DNA from: Amoebophrya sp. A120
Taxonomy: Eukaryota; Protista; Dinoflagellata
Direction: 5' to 3'
DNA: 64,000 nt
NCBI GenBank assembly: GCA_905178155.1
Contig: CAJINV010000003.1
Location: 2,831,715-2,895,714 of the forward strand
Shown here one piece after another: positions 26,215-39,153 of this stretch. A model generated the notes under the pieces. It did not search any database. It was given only the letters and a program-made list of their open reading frames with translations, and was not told the origin of the DNA. A program made the translations under genes and the position numbers. Position 1 is the first letter of the stretch. Each line of letters starts with the position of its first letter.

Positions 26215-27839
26215 TCATTCTGACGAGTTCCCGTCCACGAGCCTCTTCATATCTCCTCGCGTGGACCGACGTTCGTCCGAGTGCGTTGCCGCGGCACGTC
26301 GCGCCGCAATCAGTGCCACAGACCCCGAGGATCGCCCTTCCCCCTCCGGCTGCACGTGTGCCCCGCCGCTACGTATGGCGGGAAAAAAAAACATCACGTC
26401 GTTTAGTTTTGTTCACTGACACCGAGCCTCAAGCTGTCGCTGTCCTCGCAGACGACCACGACCCTCAGCCATGTTTAAGTTTATGTATGCAAGGTGTTTG
26501 TTTATATGCAAATATTATATATCTCGTGTTCCGAGTCCGTACGATTCGCGACGCTGGTGATAAGAGAGTTTCTTGTCGCCGCAGCTGCAGCGACGCTTCG
26601 TTACAAAATATGCCGAGCAGTAACCTAACTGTGTTGACTCGTCAAAAATGTCAAACATCGAGCCACCAGCACAAGGTGAAAAGGAAAACTTCTCGCAAGT
26701 CAACCTTAACAGTACAGCATCTGAAGTTGCATGCAAATCAAAAATGTTATCGCAACGCAGAATGTTTCCACTCGTGCTGGAGATGCAAACTTTTTCGTGC
26801 GATGTTTTTCAGTTCCATATGTCGGGGCCGCGCTCTGCTACCGGGAAGTAGATTCTTCTGCAGTATAGTGCTGGCAGTACCAAGTCCTTCACCTGTTCGT
26901 TCTTCAGCCCGTAGAAGTTTCATCCCTGGACCTGCTCGAGACTCACTACTATCGTTCGACGAGGACGGGTTGGAATTTTTGCTTAGTGTCGGAGCATTTT
27001 TCCCGAAAAGAGGCCGTCGGGGACCGGCTGGGGTTGTATCCTCCTCGTCATGAAGGACGATTCCGTCGAGCGGCAGAATATTTTTACTTTTCTCGTTCTC
27101 GTCCCCAGGTCTTCTTACCCTTCTTGGAGGTGCGCCCCCTGAGGAATCGGACCGGATCTCGTGTTCTCCGTAATAATATGCAGAAATCGTACTCTCGTCT
27201 TGGTGCAGCTCATCCTGGCTGTAATTCGCCGTTCCGCCGGACGAGCCAAACGCAGCTGCGAAAAAACCCTGTTTAGCTCTCGCCCGGAAGGCAGCCGCCG
27301 CGAGAATAATGTCCTCGTCCTCTTCGTCGACACTGCTGACATCGGAGAGATCCGGCCCACGGGGAGCAGCTGGTGACTATCCAAGAAAAAAACTGCGTGA
27401 GTGTAAGTCTGTGATGCAGCAAATGCAAGACTGTTACACTTGTCATGCTCCACATGCAAGGTAGGATCGTTACCTACGTGTTTTCCGATCCTATGTGCGC
27501 ATGACAAGTTTTTCCTGTCATGGCAGACAAACTTGTGATGCTGTGTTCCCAAAAGACCTACACTAACACAGTTTTTTTCTTGGATAGTGATGTGCGTTTG
27601 TTGACTACAACATCTGGGGTTGTGGTGGTCGAAGCAGGAGATCCGGGCGTGCCTATGTTGTGGGTGTTCTTGCCAGGACGACCGGAGTGCGGCTGCTGGC
27701 CAGCGGTCAATAAAGAACTACCATTGAAAAATCCGCGCTCTGGCGGTTGGCGTTGGCCAGGATGAACGACGTGTGTTGCTCCATGCGCGTCTACTTCTAG
27801 CATCTCCTGGCGCGGCGGCACCCCCGCGAGTTTTTCCAT
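26215..27839 (-). CDS. Low-complexity hypothetical protein; exons 27839-27587, 27372-26820, 26368-26215 (may continue to 24891)
   Basis: Removing the elements at 27378 and 26374 links ORF 27558..27869, an unlisted stop-free frame and ORF 26215..26397. Confidence 0.55.
26374..26819. mobile_element. Degenerate introner-like element, 446 bp
   Basis: Ends TATGGCGGGAAAAAAAAACATCAC vs TATGGAACTGAAAAACATCGC; flanks decayed (ctacg/tgtcg); removal plus 5 nt is in frame. Confidence 0.6.
27378..27586. mobile_element. Introner-like element, 209 bp (family F), TSD GTGAC/GTGAT
   Basis: 33-bp TIR TATCCAAGAAAAAAACTGCGTGAGTGTAAGTCT with 3 mismatches; several internal TGTCATGC-type motifs; in-frame removal. 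Confidence 0.95.
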
Positions 27840-29383
27840 TTGTTTCTGACCTCGTGCTCGTGGTCCCAAAGCAAGCTCTGTGGACTCTCGCTGTGTTTTT
27901 CTTTTTCGCGGACAGAGGCGGCCGCTGCTCGTCCGATTTATAATTTCAATTTATTCGATACCAATAAGTCCAGGAACCAACTTTAAAGAAGTTTTCCGCC
28001 ACATATTTTGCTTGCTGCTCTAAAAAGCGTTCTCGCTGTCTGATCTGCCTATTCGACGTCCTTCCTCAAAGTCACCGCTTTCATTTTTGCTTCCGCAAAT
28101 CGAAAATCGCCAGACGCTAGGTGGTGGGACTCTAGTATGTACTTGTATAGTCTTGGTAGTTCGAGAAGCAAGGAGGAGGATCCTTCACACCTGCTAGGAT
28201 ATACCAATACATAGATATTTCTAGAAAAAAACGATACCGAACCAACTGAAACAGACGAGGGGGTAAGCTGAAAAATACACATCTGTGGTACAAATACCAT
28301 ATATGATAAATGAAACCTCGGTGGCTATAGGGGTGGGGAAAATGGTTGGTCAGCACACTCACTGTGATATTTTTCGTTTGTGGGTCGTGCATGAATTAAT
28401 CACAATCATGTTCATGTTGTATGAACCTAAACGCTACCGATATGGGCAAAAGAGCAGCACTACGAAAACGAAATGGCACGGCCGAAAAGTAAAACGGATT
28501 CTGTTTGTGCTCATGGTCCACGAATAGTAAACGAACGAAAGTGAAGATACCGATTTTGTTCATGGTCCGCAATAATTTGTAACCGAACTACGAACGTGAT
28601 ACTTGTTACCGCCATAGTACGGCAGAACGGTCTATGCAAGGCGTTCAGTGCGCGATCACCAAACTGCTGGTTTTTGAAGTACGACTAAAAAGACGAGTGC
28701 TGCTCTGGACGAGAAAATGCTTTCCTGCTGAGGACGACAACCACCGAGACCGGTCGCGATCGCCCTATTATCTATTGGGCTCAACTCCTTTAAGAAGCGC
28801 AACCCTCACAGGCACACCATGCGTGTATCTACTGCGAAAAAAAACGACAGCAGTGACTGCAGTAATGCGAGTTGATTGATTGTGGTCGCACGCTAGCAGC
28901 GAGACATGAAGAAATTGCACGGAGAGGACCGATCATAAAGGATACTATTCAATCGCTAAGACCGAGAAGATAACAAGTACCGACTTACTGTCTCTTGAGT
29001 GCATGTCCACTCGACACCGAACAAGATCAAGAATGGCAACGGAGACGGACGACTCACGAAACCTATAATTAAATTTCGTGGCGTCATATTATGAAGAAGA
29101 ATGTCCTTAATGGACACGGCGACACTTATGAGTTTTGAAATGGAAGAAGCTACTGCTACAGCTAGGGAGTATGAATATCTATCTTTGAAATGGAAGTTGC
29201 CGTGGTCCGTGCTATTGGAATTGCTTGGCGCTCTCGTTTCTACTTTTTGTTTGTGGGAAGGTGCTGAAGTAATTTTTTCTCGCCGTGTTTTTCTATTTTG
29301 TTCGAAAAAGAGAAGACAAGAAGCAAGGGATACTTTTACAACTTGTCTTCGCGATCTTCAATGATAGTAAAATTTGTGGTGAC

Positions 29384-29456
29384 GCCACAACTGTTTCTTC
29401 TGTTGCCACAACTGTTTCTTCTGTTGCGGTATGTCGCCACAACTGTTTCTTCTGTT
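29384..29456 (+). repeat. Three copies of 21-bp GCCACAACTGTTTCTTCTGTT (two adjacent, the third after a 10-bp spacer)
   Basis: Direct read. Confidence 0.9.
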
Positions 29457-29758
29457 GCAGTCCGTGCGTTCATGGTAATGGTCTATTGCTATATGCTTTG
29501 CGGCGTCGTAAGACACATTAAGGCGAAAGACAAAGACTTACTTAAGTACTTACTATACGCTGGCACTCCACGAAGTACACGGGAGTCGCGAATATGAAAG
29601 AGTATAAGCTGTACAGGCGGTGAGCAGAAGTGCAACAGCAGCTTTTAACATGATCAAAAAAATAGAAACATGCATATCATAATAATCTATTTCGAACAAC
29701 TACTGTTCTGGTTACCTACTTAAGTAAGAACTTCCTTGTTGAAATAAACCTGGAGATA

Positions 29759-32700
29759 TTAGCGGTTGATTGCGTCGAGCGACGAAGCCTTGCCGTCTAT
29801 GGTGTTTACCCCGAAACTGATTTGCCCCTGCGTATTGATGGCCAGCAACCTCGCACCGTTGCACATTTTCCGCCTCGCGGCATACGCGTCTGTGACACTG
29901 GTAGTTCCTGTCCAACTATCGAGCTTTTTGAACCAAGTCGGATCCACGCGGAGGGCAATATGGAAAGCGCACATATCGTGAATCGGGGCCGCGGTCGTGG
30001 CCCCCGGACCTGGAGCATCTTCACATTTAGCGAGCGTCGTCTACGATAAAAAATGGCAACTTTTTCTTCTTTTTCTTTGAAGCACTGCCAGCAACTAGTT
30101 ACTCACGAGGTGTGCAATCTTTGTTTTTCGTGTGCTACTACTGTAGCCCCCTACTCTCTAATCGTATAGGACGGGAAAACGAAACTCAAGACACACATTG
30201 AGGATCTGTTGATTCCCGAAAACCAAGAAAAACGATGTCAAGTTGCCATCTTTGTCTTTCAGCCCGCTCCATGCAACGAGTCCAATAGTGCTCCTGCGCG
30301 TGGATCTTGATGATGATGATGAATTCTTCGTGCTTATTATGTCGCAGCAAAGCACAAGCAAATAAAAAAACGAAGATGTTCTGCCGGTGCTGGCCGCCGT
30401 TTCACGATTCTGTGCAAGTGATCATTCTTTTTTTGATAGCACTCCTTAATTTCGCATTCGCCTTCCTCCAGGATCTGGCACTGATTGACGCCCGCTTGAG
30501 GAAAATAGTTCGCGTAGCTCCTCTTATTTTGTTTCGCGACGGCGCGGCACTCGGCCTCGCTGTTTGCTGTGTGGTGCCTCGAAGATACACCAGAACCAAA
30601 AACTGGAGCAAGAAAGTTCCCCGCTTTGTCTCCAAGTACGGAGAACACTTGGCCGATCGAGGAAAAGAAGCCTCCTTCTCCGCCGTTGTTCTGTGAGGCG
30701 TCGGGCGTGTCACAGCAGCTGTTGCCGGTCAACGTGGTTCCCGGCGGAAAACTATCGAAAGGAAAAATCACCACAACTTCCCATAGACACAGTACAATTC
30801 ATACTCAAGTAGTACTGCTGCCGATTTAAGTACTTAGTTTATCTTTATTTATTTACGACCGCGTCGTGCCTCTGTTTTGCATACAGCAGATGAAGCACCC
30901 TGCGGGCTACTTATCTGCACTGCCTAGGGTTTCTGCGGCAGGTGAGATGCGTACAATGCTCAAGAACAAGAGCTAGACTGCTTCAACAAGAATCCTGAAC
31001 ATGCAAATTCCTGTAGTCCCTTGCGAAAAGACAAAGCTGATTCATCGTGGTCATTTTGATTCCTGATCACGGCAACAACCACGACCACGAGCATGAGCAA
31101 GAATCAGCATTATGACAACGTCAACGTTTTCGTTTGACTATCAAGCATTCTCATTTACATTTTCGTTCGACTATGGGGCGGAAACATTTTTCCTCACGAT
31201 ACACGCAGATCATGGCTGGCCGCAATGCGAAAGACCAGAGGCTCACCAGGCCCACGGATAAAACCAGTGTAGTTCCGAAAAACGCAATAAGGCACGTCAT
31301 TACGCTCCACCCAACTGTTTGTGTTTGTGAGATTTTGTTTATTAATAGGTACGAGGCCAGCACGAGGACCGTGAGAAAAGGACGATCACTTCGTTCCTTG
31401 CTAAGGCAAGAACGACCCCAGACAAAGTACTTGTTAGACGCTGCACGTTCATAATCATCTCCACAGTACTAGTGCATACTTATGCCTACGCTAATTCGTC
31501 CGATAGAGAAAAGCACATAAAAGGTACAGCAGCACGGGCCCTCGTGCTCGTAGTGGTTGGTCCGCATATTCGACGGCAGGCGAGAATACCGGCCCATCAT
31601 GGAGGCACGAGATCCGCTGAAGCGACCACCCTTGCTGCTCTTCCCCATGTAGTTTTTGCTTCCTTTCATACCCATGCTGCTCCGCATGTGAATCATCCAG
31701 CTAAAAAATGAGCAGTTGCATTTGCTCAACAAATTTCCTTATTTTGTTTTTTGTCGAACACGCAGATGTCTTTGCAAAAGTGAATTGAAATCATTATAGA
31801 TACAATGCACGAATATTATCATGATCGCACGAGACTAGAGAAGTTGAACAAGCAGACGCAACTGCACCTTCATCTTTGCTTGGATAGTCATGCTCCCACC
31901 CTTAGAGCCCATCATGCTCCCACACCCCTTAGAGCCCATCATCTTGGACCCCGCCATGCTCCCGTAGCCGCCCTTGGATCCCATGAGCATACTGCCACGC
32001 CCGAGGGCCATGGAGCCCCGGCCTCCCATGCTTCCGAAAGGCATGCCCTTCATACTCGGACCCCGCATCGGCATACCCATTCCGTACCCGCCGTACATAG
32101 ATCCGGCGGCCACCGCAGCCGCGGCCCCGCCCGCGGCCCCGTCCGCACCCGGGTCAGCATCGACCTCCGCGCCCAAGACGAGCACCGCATCATCCAGTTC
32201 CGACCGGTTCACTTCCGCGAGTGCGCGCGCGAGCGCCTCCGAATTATCTTCATCCGCCCCCGCCGAAAGGTTGGCGGCGGGGTCTTTTTCGTCTACTCCC
32301 GCGGCCTCACCCTCGTGGTGCCGATGAGCGAGCATGCCTCCGAAGAGAGTAGTAGTACTGTTGCCGACAGGTGCTGAAGTTCCTCTTTCTGCTGATGTGT
32401 GAGGAATAAAACTACTGTCGTCTTCGTCCCCCGCCTCCCAAAAGCCAAAACCATATTGCAGCTGCTCGTCGTCATAGTCGTCATGATACAACCCCTGCTC
32501 AAGAAGAAGTTCAGTGTCTAGTTCACCATCACCACTGGGGACAAAATTCTCCTGATCTTCCTGCTGACGACCCCACTGTAGAGGTAATCTCTCGGTCTCG
32601 TCCTGCCCAGCAGGAAAAGCATCGCCCCAGCTTGATGTAGTTTGTTCCTCGTCCTGTTCCGGAAGAAACCTGAAATCTCCTTGTTCCAGATCCACCACAG

Positions 32701-32785
32701 GCTCCTCGGCCTCCTCGAGGTCACCGTCACGCTGGCTCTCCTCGGACAAGGACGCGGTGAAGAAACTTCCTAGATTTTGAAACAT
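29759..32785 (-). CDS. Single-pass membrane protein, family member b (acidic N-terminus, MGSKGG repeats, TM helix, PAN-like Cys domain)
   Basis: ORFs 31835..32785, 31469..31732, 31151..31363, 30337..30774 and 29759..29974 are linked by two elements and GT-AG introns (EGPCC-FGWSVMTCLI; KEC-LRVDPTWF). One junction (~31160-30750) is unresolved. Confidence 0.65.
29959..30438. mobile_element. Degenerate introner-like element, 480 bp
   Basis: TAT/ATA ends with subterminal IR GCACATATCGTGAATCGGGGCC vs GCACAGAATCGTGAAACGGCGGCC. Removal plus 5 nt restores the C-x-x-VD spacing seen in the paralogs. Confidence 0.7.
31694..31886. mobile_element. Degenerate introner-like element, 193 bp (left end CAT instead of TAT)
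   Basis: IR CATCCAGCTAAAAAATGAGCAGTTGC vs TATCCAAGCAAAGATGAAGGTGCAGTTGC; removal plus 5 nt joins GGSMT-MRSSMG in frame. Confidence 0.65.
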
Positions 32786-34787
32786 CGTTACCGCCGGATG
32801 TTGATCAGAAGTGGTGCAGGAGAAAATAAAGTATTGATTTGTATCCTGCAGCTAGACATAGACTCACACTCAAGGTCAACAAGTAGGTACTACATTAATA
32901 TTCAGAAACGCCTAAAACTAACAATCCATCTGGGTCGATTTTATCTTGAATGTGACACGGGATACGCGCACGTTCATCTTCGTAGAAGCCTGGTAGGTTG
33001 ACATGCTGAAAAAGAAGTGCTCATTTTCAAAATCTTGAGTTTGTTGATGACATTGACACGGAGGTGGTACTACTTCAGCGCTTTTTCTTGCGCTGAAGCG
33101 CAGTGGACGACGCGGCAAGTGGTAAGCAAGGACGAAAAAAGCAAGAAAACCGAACAAGTCCCAGTAGAGACGAAAAGCTTTCAAGAAAAACGACACGGCG
33201 CACAGACCTAGGGATGGAGCTGTGGAGCATGCGAATTTAGATATTGTAATATTCACCTTCCAGCAAAGTGCTAGCTTTTGCCTACCTCAAACGATTTTGT
33301 AGTACGAGAAACGGAAGAAGAAACAAAACGAACGACGAGACCGACAGACAAGGTTTGTGGATGGCCGATGTTACTTAACCAATAGCGCACGAAAATAGAT
33401 GCCGTTTCAGATGGCCATCGACGTGTTGCTGGACGAGCCGGATACAGGACATGCGACGCTGATTTCGATGCACGAGCACGATTTGAAAAAAATAGAAACT
33501 CCAGACTGATAATCTTCCCGATACACCTCGATTAGCGTAGTCGTAGCCGCAGTCAGATATTAATCATGCGTTTCAAATTACTAAAGAGAGAGAGAGAAAG
33601 AGCATTTCAAATGAAAATATAGATATACTGCTTTCTTATATCAGGTCTTCACATTATAGGGGAAGAAATCTCGTCTGAGACGAGTTCCTTTTCTCTATAT
33701 GCTTCAGCTTCAATTCACCGCAAAATAAAGTATCACATAGCGCCAGAAGCTTTCTCTGTCGTAGAAGTAGAACTATCTTTACTGCATTTGAAGCGAAAAA
33801 TAAGAGACAAAAAGTGTATGTGTTGACGATAACTAAAGTGGATGGGGATCTCTGTGTTGAGTTGTAAAATAAGACGTTTCCGTTTGCGAAAATTCAAGCA
33901 TAGCTCTAGTGACTGCAAATCGATAGGGACGTGGAGAGAACAAAAGCCGTTCTTTCATTTGAGTGAATACTATATGTTTCTATTTCTTGGGGTACGGGTA
34001 GGAGACAAGGTTATAATCGCATCAAGAAAATGAAACATCGACTCAGAATCCACTCGTGCTTCTTTGCTTTCTGTTTTGTTTTTCTGTCAGGTTCTTGGTG
34101 GAAACGTATCGCTATGTGTTGCACGCTAGCTAGAAGAAGCACTGCGGTCCGTTTTTCGGTTTTCGAGTAACGGGACGGATGTTTCGTCACAAAAGGTGCA
34201 GAGGTACCGCATTCAACGTGCAACCTGTGACAGCGACAGCGACTTCCCGTCCATCGTGGGCACCGCGGCGCTGGACGTATCACCACAAAAACCTGAGTCA
34301 ACAACGCGCTTCTGTGATTGCAATCAAAGTCTGGGCCTGGGGGATACCCGACCCCCGATGAATGAAAACAGTAATTAATGAAGAAGCAGTTCAAGTTGCA
34401 GCTTTGGACTGAGCTTGTATGCAGATACGCTTGTTCCACATCCATTTCCATATTAAAAATCAAAAATATTATGTTCGCAAAGGCGCTGCTCTTTCACATT
34501 GGGAATCAGTTTGTTCATTCGAAGATTCATTTCTTCCTCTTTCACATTGAATACTCGGAACGACAAGCCACAATATGCTGGACATGCTTATGCATAGCTC
34601 ATGCTGTGTCTGTATTTCTTCTTTGTGCACTGGCTGCGCTTTGCCTTTGGCTTTGCATTGATTTGATGGCCTTCGTTTTGCTCATTATGCTTTTCGGCTG
34701 CGTCTGCATCTTGTCTTGATGCCGAATATCAACATCATAATCATCCTTTATTCGGGTTTGAAGTATGCCTTCGTCTCGTATACAGTA

Positions 34788-37700
34788 TTACTTAGATACA
34801 TCTGCGATTGCGAGGTTGAATCGACTCAGGTTTTCACATGGATAGCTTGCTCCGCCAATCGGGACTGCAACCAGGAGGGCGCCAGCGCAAATATTACTGA
34901 TTTCGTCGTAAGTAGCCTTTGAAGCAGCAATACCCTTGTTCATTTGGAAGTACGATCCATCGACAGATTTACAGTTCACCACTTTGCACTCCTCCGTTTT
35001 GTAAAGGTGGCAATTCATGTTGGGGCTGTATTGGGGATCGAAATAATTGACGTGGTTATGGCCTGCTAAGGTGTTACAAGCTGAGACCAGGCGTTACAAT
35101 AGAAACGTCTGTTTTTCTTTTTGACGCTAAGTCGTCCGAAAAAATCACGATGAAGTGGCCTCTGCTACGCAAGCAGCGACCAGTTCATTGATTCACTCAA
35201 AGCAAGCTTCCATGCATCTCCTCTTCCTCAACTTCATTCCTGTCGCGGATGCGCTTTTCAAATTTTAGGCGCTGTATTCAATATCAGTTCTCTTCCATCT
35301 GCAAACAAATAAACCTTCTTATCTTTGTGAAGCTGAAGAGAACGAGTGAGAGTGATGTAGATGTTCTGCGCGGCAAAGACAATGGAGAGTCCACAGCCTC
35401 GCATCCTCATCACTGTAGTGAGGGTCAGCCAAAGGTCGCTTGGTACTTTGTGCAAAGAGAAAAAAGACCCGAAATGCAGGTAATAGTGAGTTCGGAATGC
35501 AACATCAGAGCAGGCCATAGTACGGGATGCCAGCTTTTTGCGCCTCCCCCACGCACCCGGCCAAGGTGGAGAAGCTATGATAAATACTCCCCCTACCTCC
35601 CGCGATGTCGGACACCGCGTTCTCGATTAGTGCTCCACCAGACTCGACAAGTCCTTTAACGTTGTCCATGACGCCAGCATCGCCTTACCACAGAGAAAAG
35701 TGCTCCCATTACGTCGGTTACTAACTACTGACGAGGCGACTTCTCACAATCCGAGAATATAAAAAATCGTGATCGACGTCCGGACAAAAAATACTGCTGG
35801 TCTACGCGTCGGCGTCCGCAATACATTCACTTTTATAAATTCCTTCTTCATGACACCAGGAATTCTTTTCAAGCAAGCAGGGTGACCCACCTCCGGGGTG
35901 GCTGCCAAATTTCATTCTGTTTTTGTCTTTATCCTTGTTTTTTGGGGCGTAATCGCATTCATGCCGGCATCCATTCTTTCATCTCTCTTCACAAAACTGT
36001 TGTAAGTAACTAGTATGGGTGCACTTTTTTTGGATAGCACCGTCCCGGTAGGGCCACAACAAGCCGTTTTGTGCACCACCGTTTCTTGCGTGACGCAAAT
36101 CTGGACAGGTTTCAACACGAAGGTCCACAGACACAAAATCCCGACAACCAGCACGAGCGAGCCAACTCCGGTAACGATCAGGCATGTCATGACGCTCATT
36201 CCTGTGTTGTTTGATAAATGTCAAAAATTTGGGAGAAATTACAAAATTTTCCCAACAGGTGCCAGTAGTTGAAAAGAACAAAGGGGAGGCTTGACTAAGT
36301 ACTTTAAGAGCAACAAGTGCGAGTAAAGAAAGAAGAAAATTCTTACCAAAGCAAGGACCTTCCCGTTCGTAATTGCGCATGGACCCACGACTCATCTTTC
36401 CGCCTTTGCTCATTCTCATCGAGCCTATCCATCACAAATATTATATCGGGCTCTGGGAAAGTGCGTTTGTCTGTACTTGCTCTTGTAGCATCGTTTTGTT
36501 TTTATTGGGTCACGCAGGTCGTAATCGTATAGATGAAAAATGCACGCAGAGGCGGGAGCGTTTTTACAAGTCGATGGCGTCTGAATGTTTCCACTTCCGC
36601 ATGCGAAGCTCGGCGTGTCAGTAGAAAAAAGTGCGCTAGTCTTCGCGCTCATCGTGCAACTCATCCCAAACATTTGTCTGATTCCGCGGTCATGACTTCG
36701 CAGCTGTGGAAGTGTTTCTTTCTTCACTTTCCAGGCCCAAGAATTATATTCGCAATGCATAGAGCCCTTGCTCCCCATGGAACCGGACCACTTCCCGCCC
36801 TTCGATCCAAACTTGCTGCCCATGCTCATGGATCCTCTTCCACCCATCATTTTTCCGCCCATCGACATGCTGCCCATTTTTCCGCCCATCGACATGCTGC
36901 CGTAGCCACCTTTGCTCGGCATCCCCCGGTACGAACCGGCCGCGGCGGCTGCCGCCGCTCCGTCGGCCCCATCGCCATCACCGTCACCCGCAAAGAGGAC
37001 GAACCTTATCCTGAGTAAAAACTACGTACGTAGCCATTGCTCCTCCATAGTCGAGATCAAACTACATAAGCAAGTTGGGAAGTTTCCCTTTCTTTGTTTC
37101 CTGCTCTTGGGAGCGAATCCAGAACTTTTATTCGGGACAAGTTTGGAAGGACGTTGTGCAGAAATAGACTCTGCGGCCGCAGTAATTGTAGCAAAGGGCT
37201 GTAGTACACAAGTGTAGCCTTGAAAAATGCGCCGCGTCATCACGCCTAGCTAATGCAATGGCGTCACAAACCGACTGTTTATTTAATACCTGTTTCATCG
37301 TTCTTCTGATCAACTGCGCACAGCATTTTTTTCGAAACAGGCCTGCTCGCTGCCTTGGCTCTCGCTCTCAATCTCATGCAGGTAACCCGCATGAGAGGTA
37401 CTATTGGTATTCTATTTCCAGTTCAGATCAACATCAAGGCATGCAGAGCGGGATGACAAATATACTATAACAATGGGGTTTTCGTGAGGAGGTTTTTCCT
37501 CAGGATAGAGCCATCATCTTCGTCAGCAACCACATGATCCGTGTCCACCGCGATATGGATGTGTCAGAGTTGAAATCGACAAAGTTGAAATGATTTTTCA
37601 TGCATAAAATGGATGCCAGTTGGAACCCAGTTTCCAAGTGGCGCATGACAAATTTCGGTGGGCCCTAAATCCGGTTTGTCATGCTGTTTAGGCAAAGGAG

Positions 37701-38037
37701 AGCGATTTTCTCATGCTACTTAAGCAGCTCGAGCTGTAACCCCAAACAGGCTTACCATCGGCCTCACTTTCCTGCTCTGCAACGCACGTACCTCGGGCCA
37801 TGCATTTTATGCATTACAAATTATTTCAACTTTGACGATTTCAATCCTGACACTTCCATACGCGGCCACCGCACCGTCGACCGCCGCGATGGGTCCTGCT
37901 GCGAGCGCCGCCTCTAGCCCGTCCTCTGCGCCACTCACGTCGCTCGCCCCTTCGTTCGCCTCTCCCTCTGCCTGAATGTTCTCGGGTGGAGCATCGTGTT
38001 CCGCGGACCCGCTCCCGCCAAACAGATTGAAAAACAT
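34788..38037 (-). CDS. Single-pass membrane protein, family member c
   Basis: Start MFFNLFGG; GADGAAAAAAAGSY and MGGK repeats; EGPCF-GMSVMTCLIV TM segment via a GT-AG intron; C-terminal NCHLYKTEECKVVNC...ICAGALLV. Some junctions unresolved. Confidence 0.6.
36426..36761. mobile_element. Introner-like element, 336 bp (diverged family B), TSD GAGCC
   Basis: TAT...ATA ends with an imperfect B-type TIR; perfect TSD; join MGSKGS-MRMSKGG is in frame. Confidence 0.9.
37554..37860. mobile_element. Introner-like element, 307 bp (family C), TSD CGCGA/CGCGG
   Basis: TIR TATGGATGTGTCAGAGTTGAAATCGACAAAGTTGAAAT; full-length reverse-complement similarity to 61394-61700. Confidence 0.95.
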
Positions 38038-39153
38038 AGTGTTCTTGTTGTAATCGTCCTCGATGTTCTCTTTCTTGCTACAAAATCTCCTTTTTAGTCT
38101 TAACAGTCTGCAAAGCAAAAGAATCACAATCAAGTAGGGATACTACAGATAGTCATTCGCTCGCAGCTGCGGGATACGCAAGACTGGCGAATATTACTTA
38201 CGAAGATATAGACCGTAGAACAGAATAAATTCGGTAATCTTATGAATGAACTACATCGTTGGGTGTTCTGTGCTCGTAGATAAATATTCGAAGAGATCAT
38301 GGTGCGGTAAGCAAAGACCACCAGCAAAAGACATCTACGGCACCAAAACTTTCAGTACGGACGAGGTGCTTGACGCTGGCGGCGCACGAAAAGACCGATA
38401 GTCACAAAAGCAAAACGGTATGTATCGTGTATGGACGCGGACCGAACAAATAACGTGATCTACGACTCTAGCCTGTAGTTGGTGAACGCAACGATACCGA
38501 GAGAGTCACCTGGTGACACATGATATCAGAACGACACGAAAATGCACGAGAAGCAACAGGTACTCACAAAGACGCTTACATTCATCATACATCCACGACT
38601 ACACATACGAAGACGAACGAAAACGAATGCCAAAACTTAATAGTAAGATAATTAAACCGATATCAGGTGGCACTGGCAAGTACGAGAAATTCCGGCCTTA
38701 CTCCTGCGGCTGCGGGTACTAGTGCCCTTCGTATAGAAGTACTTGAAGACGACTCCCATAGGGATCCGATCCACCGAGGAAAGGAACCACTTAGAAGCTG
38801 GCCATCAACGAATTCTACAAAGAAGAGAACACACCAGGAAGTGGTTTGCGGTCAAAAATTAGGAAAAACAACCTTGATGAGGAATTCTTAGCAGTGAAGT
38901 TGCTGTAAAACTTGAGGATGAAGGCCTAGTTTCTCATTTTTCATCGCTTTCTTGCAGACGTCTTTTCGGGGGGCTAGGTACAAACATAGTACTAAATTAT
39001 TTTTATTGGTCGTGGAAATTCAAATTTGAAAGATAGCAATAGGGAAACACTAATGTAGGAAAAAGAATTGTTTTTTTCGCCGCCGTGCGAAACTGACTTG
39101 TTCTACAAAGAAATCAAAAGCCTATACTTGGAACATCTCTATCTGGGTGCCAG

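Noticed and set aside
29384-29456. 21-bp repeats as a possible CRISPR array
   Set aside because: Only three units, two directly adjacent, no proper spacers, no cas genes, and a eukaryotic context.
37402-37469. Possible 68-bp mini-element (TATTGGTAT...TATACTATA)
   Set aside because: Weak IR, no TSD and an ambiguous downstream frame.
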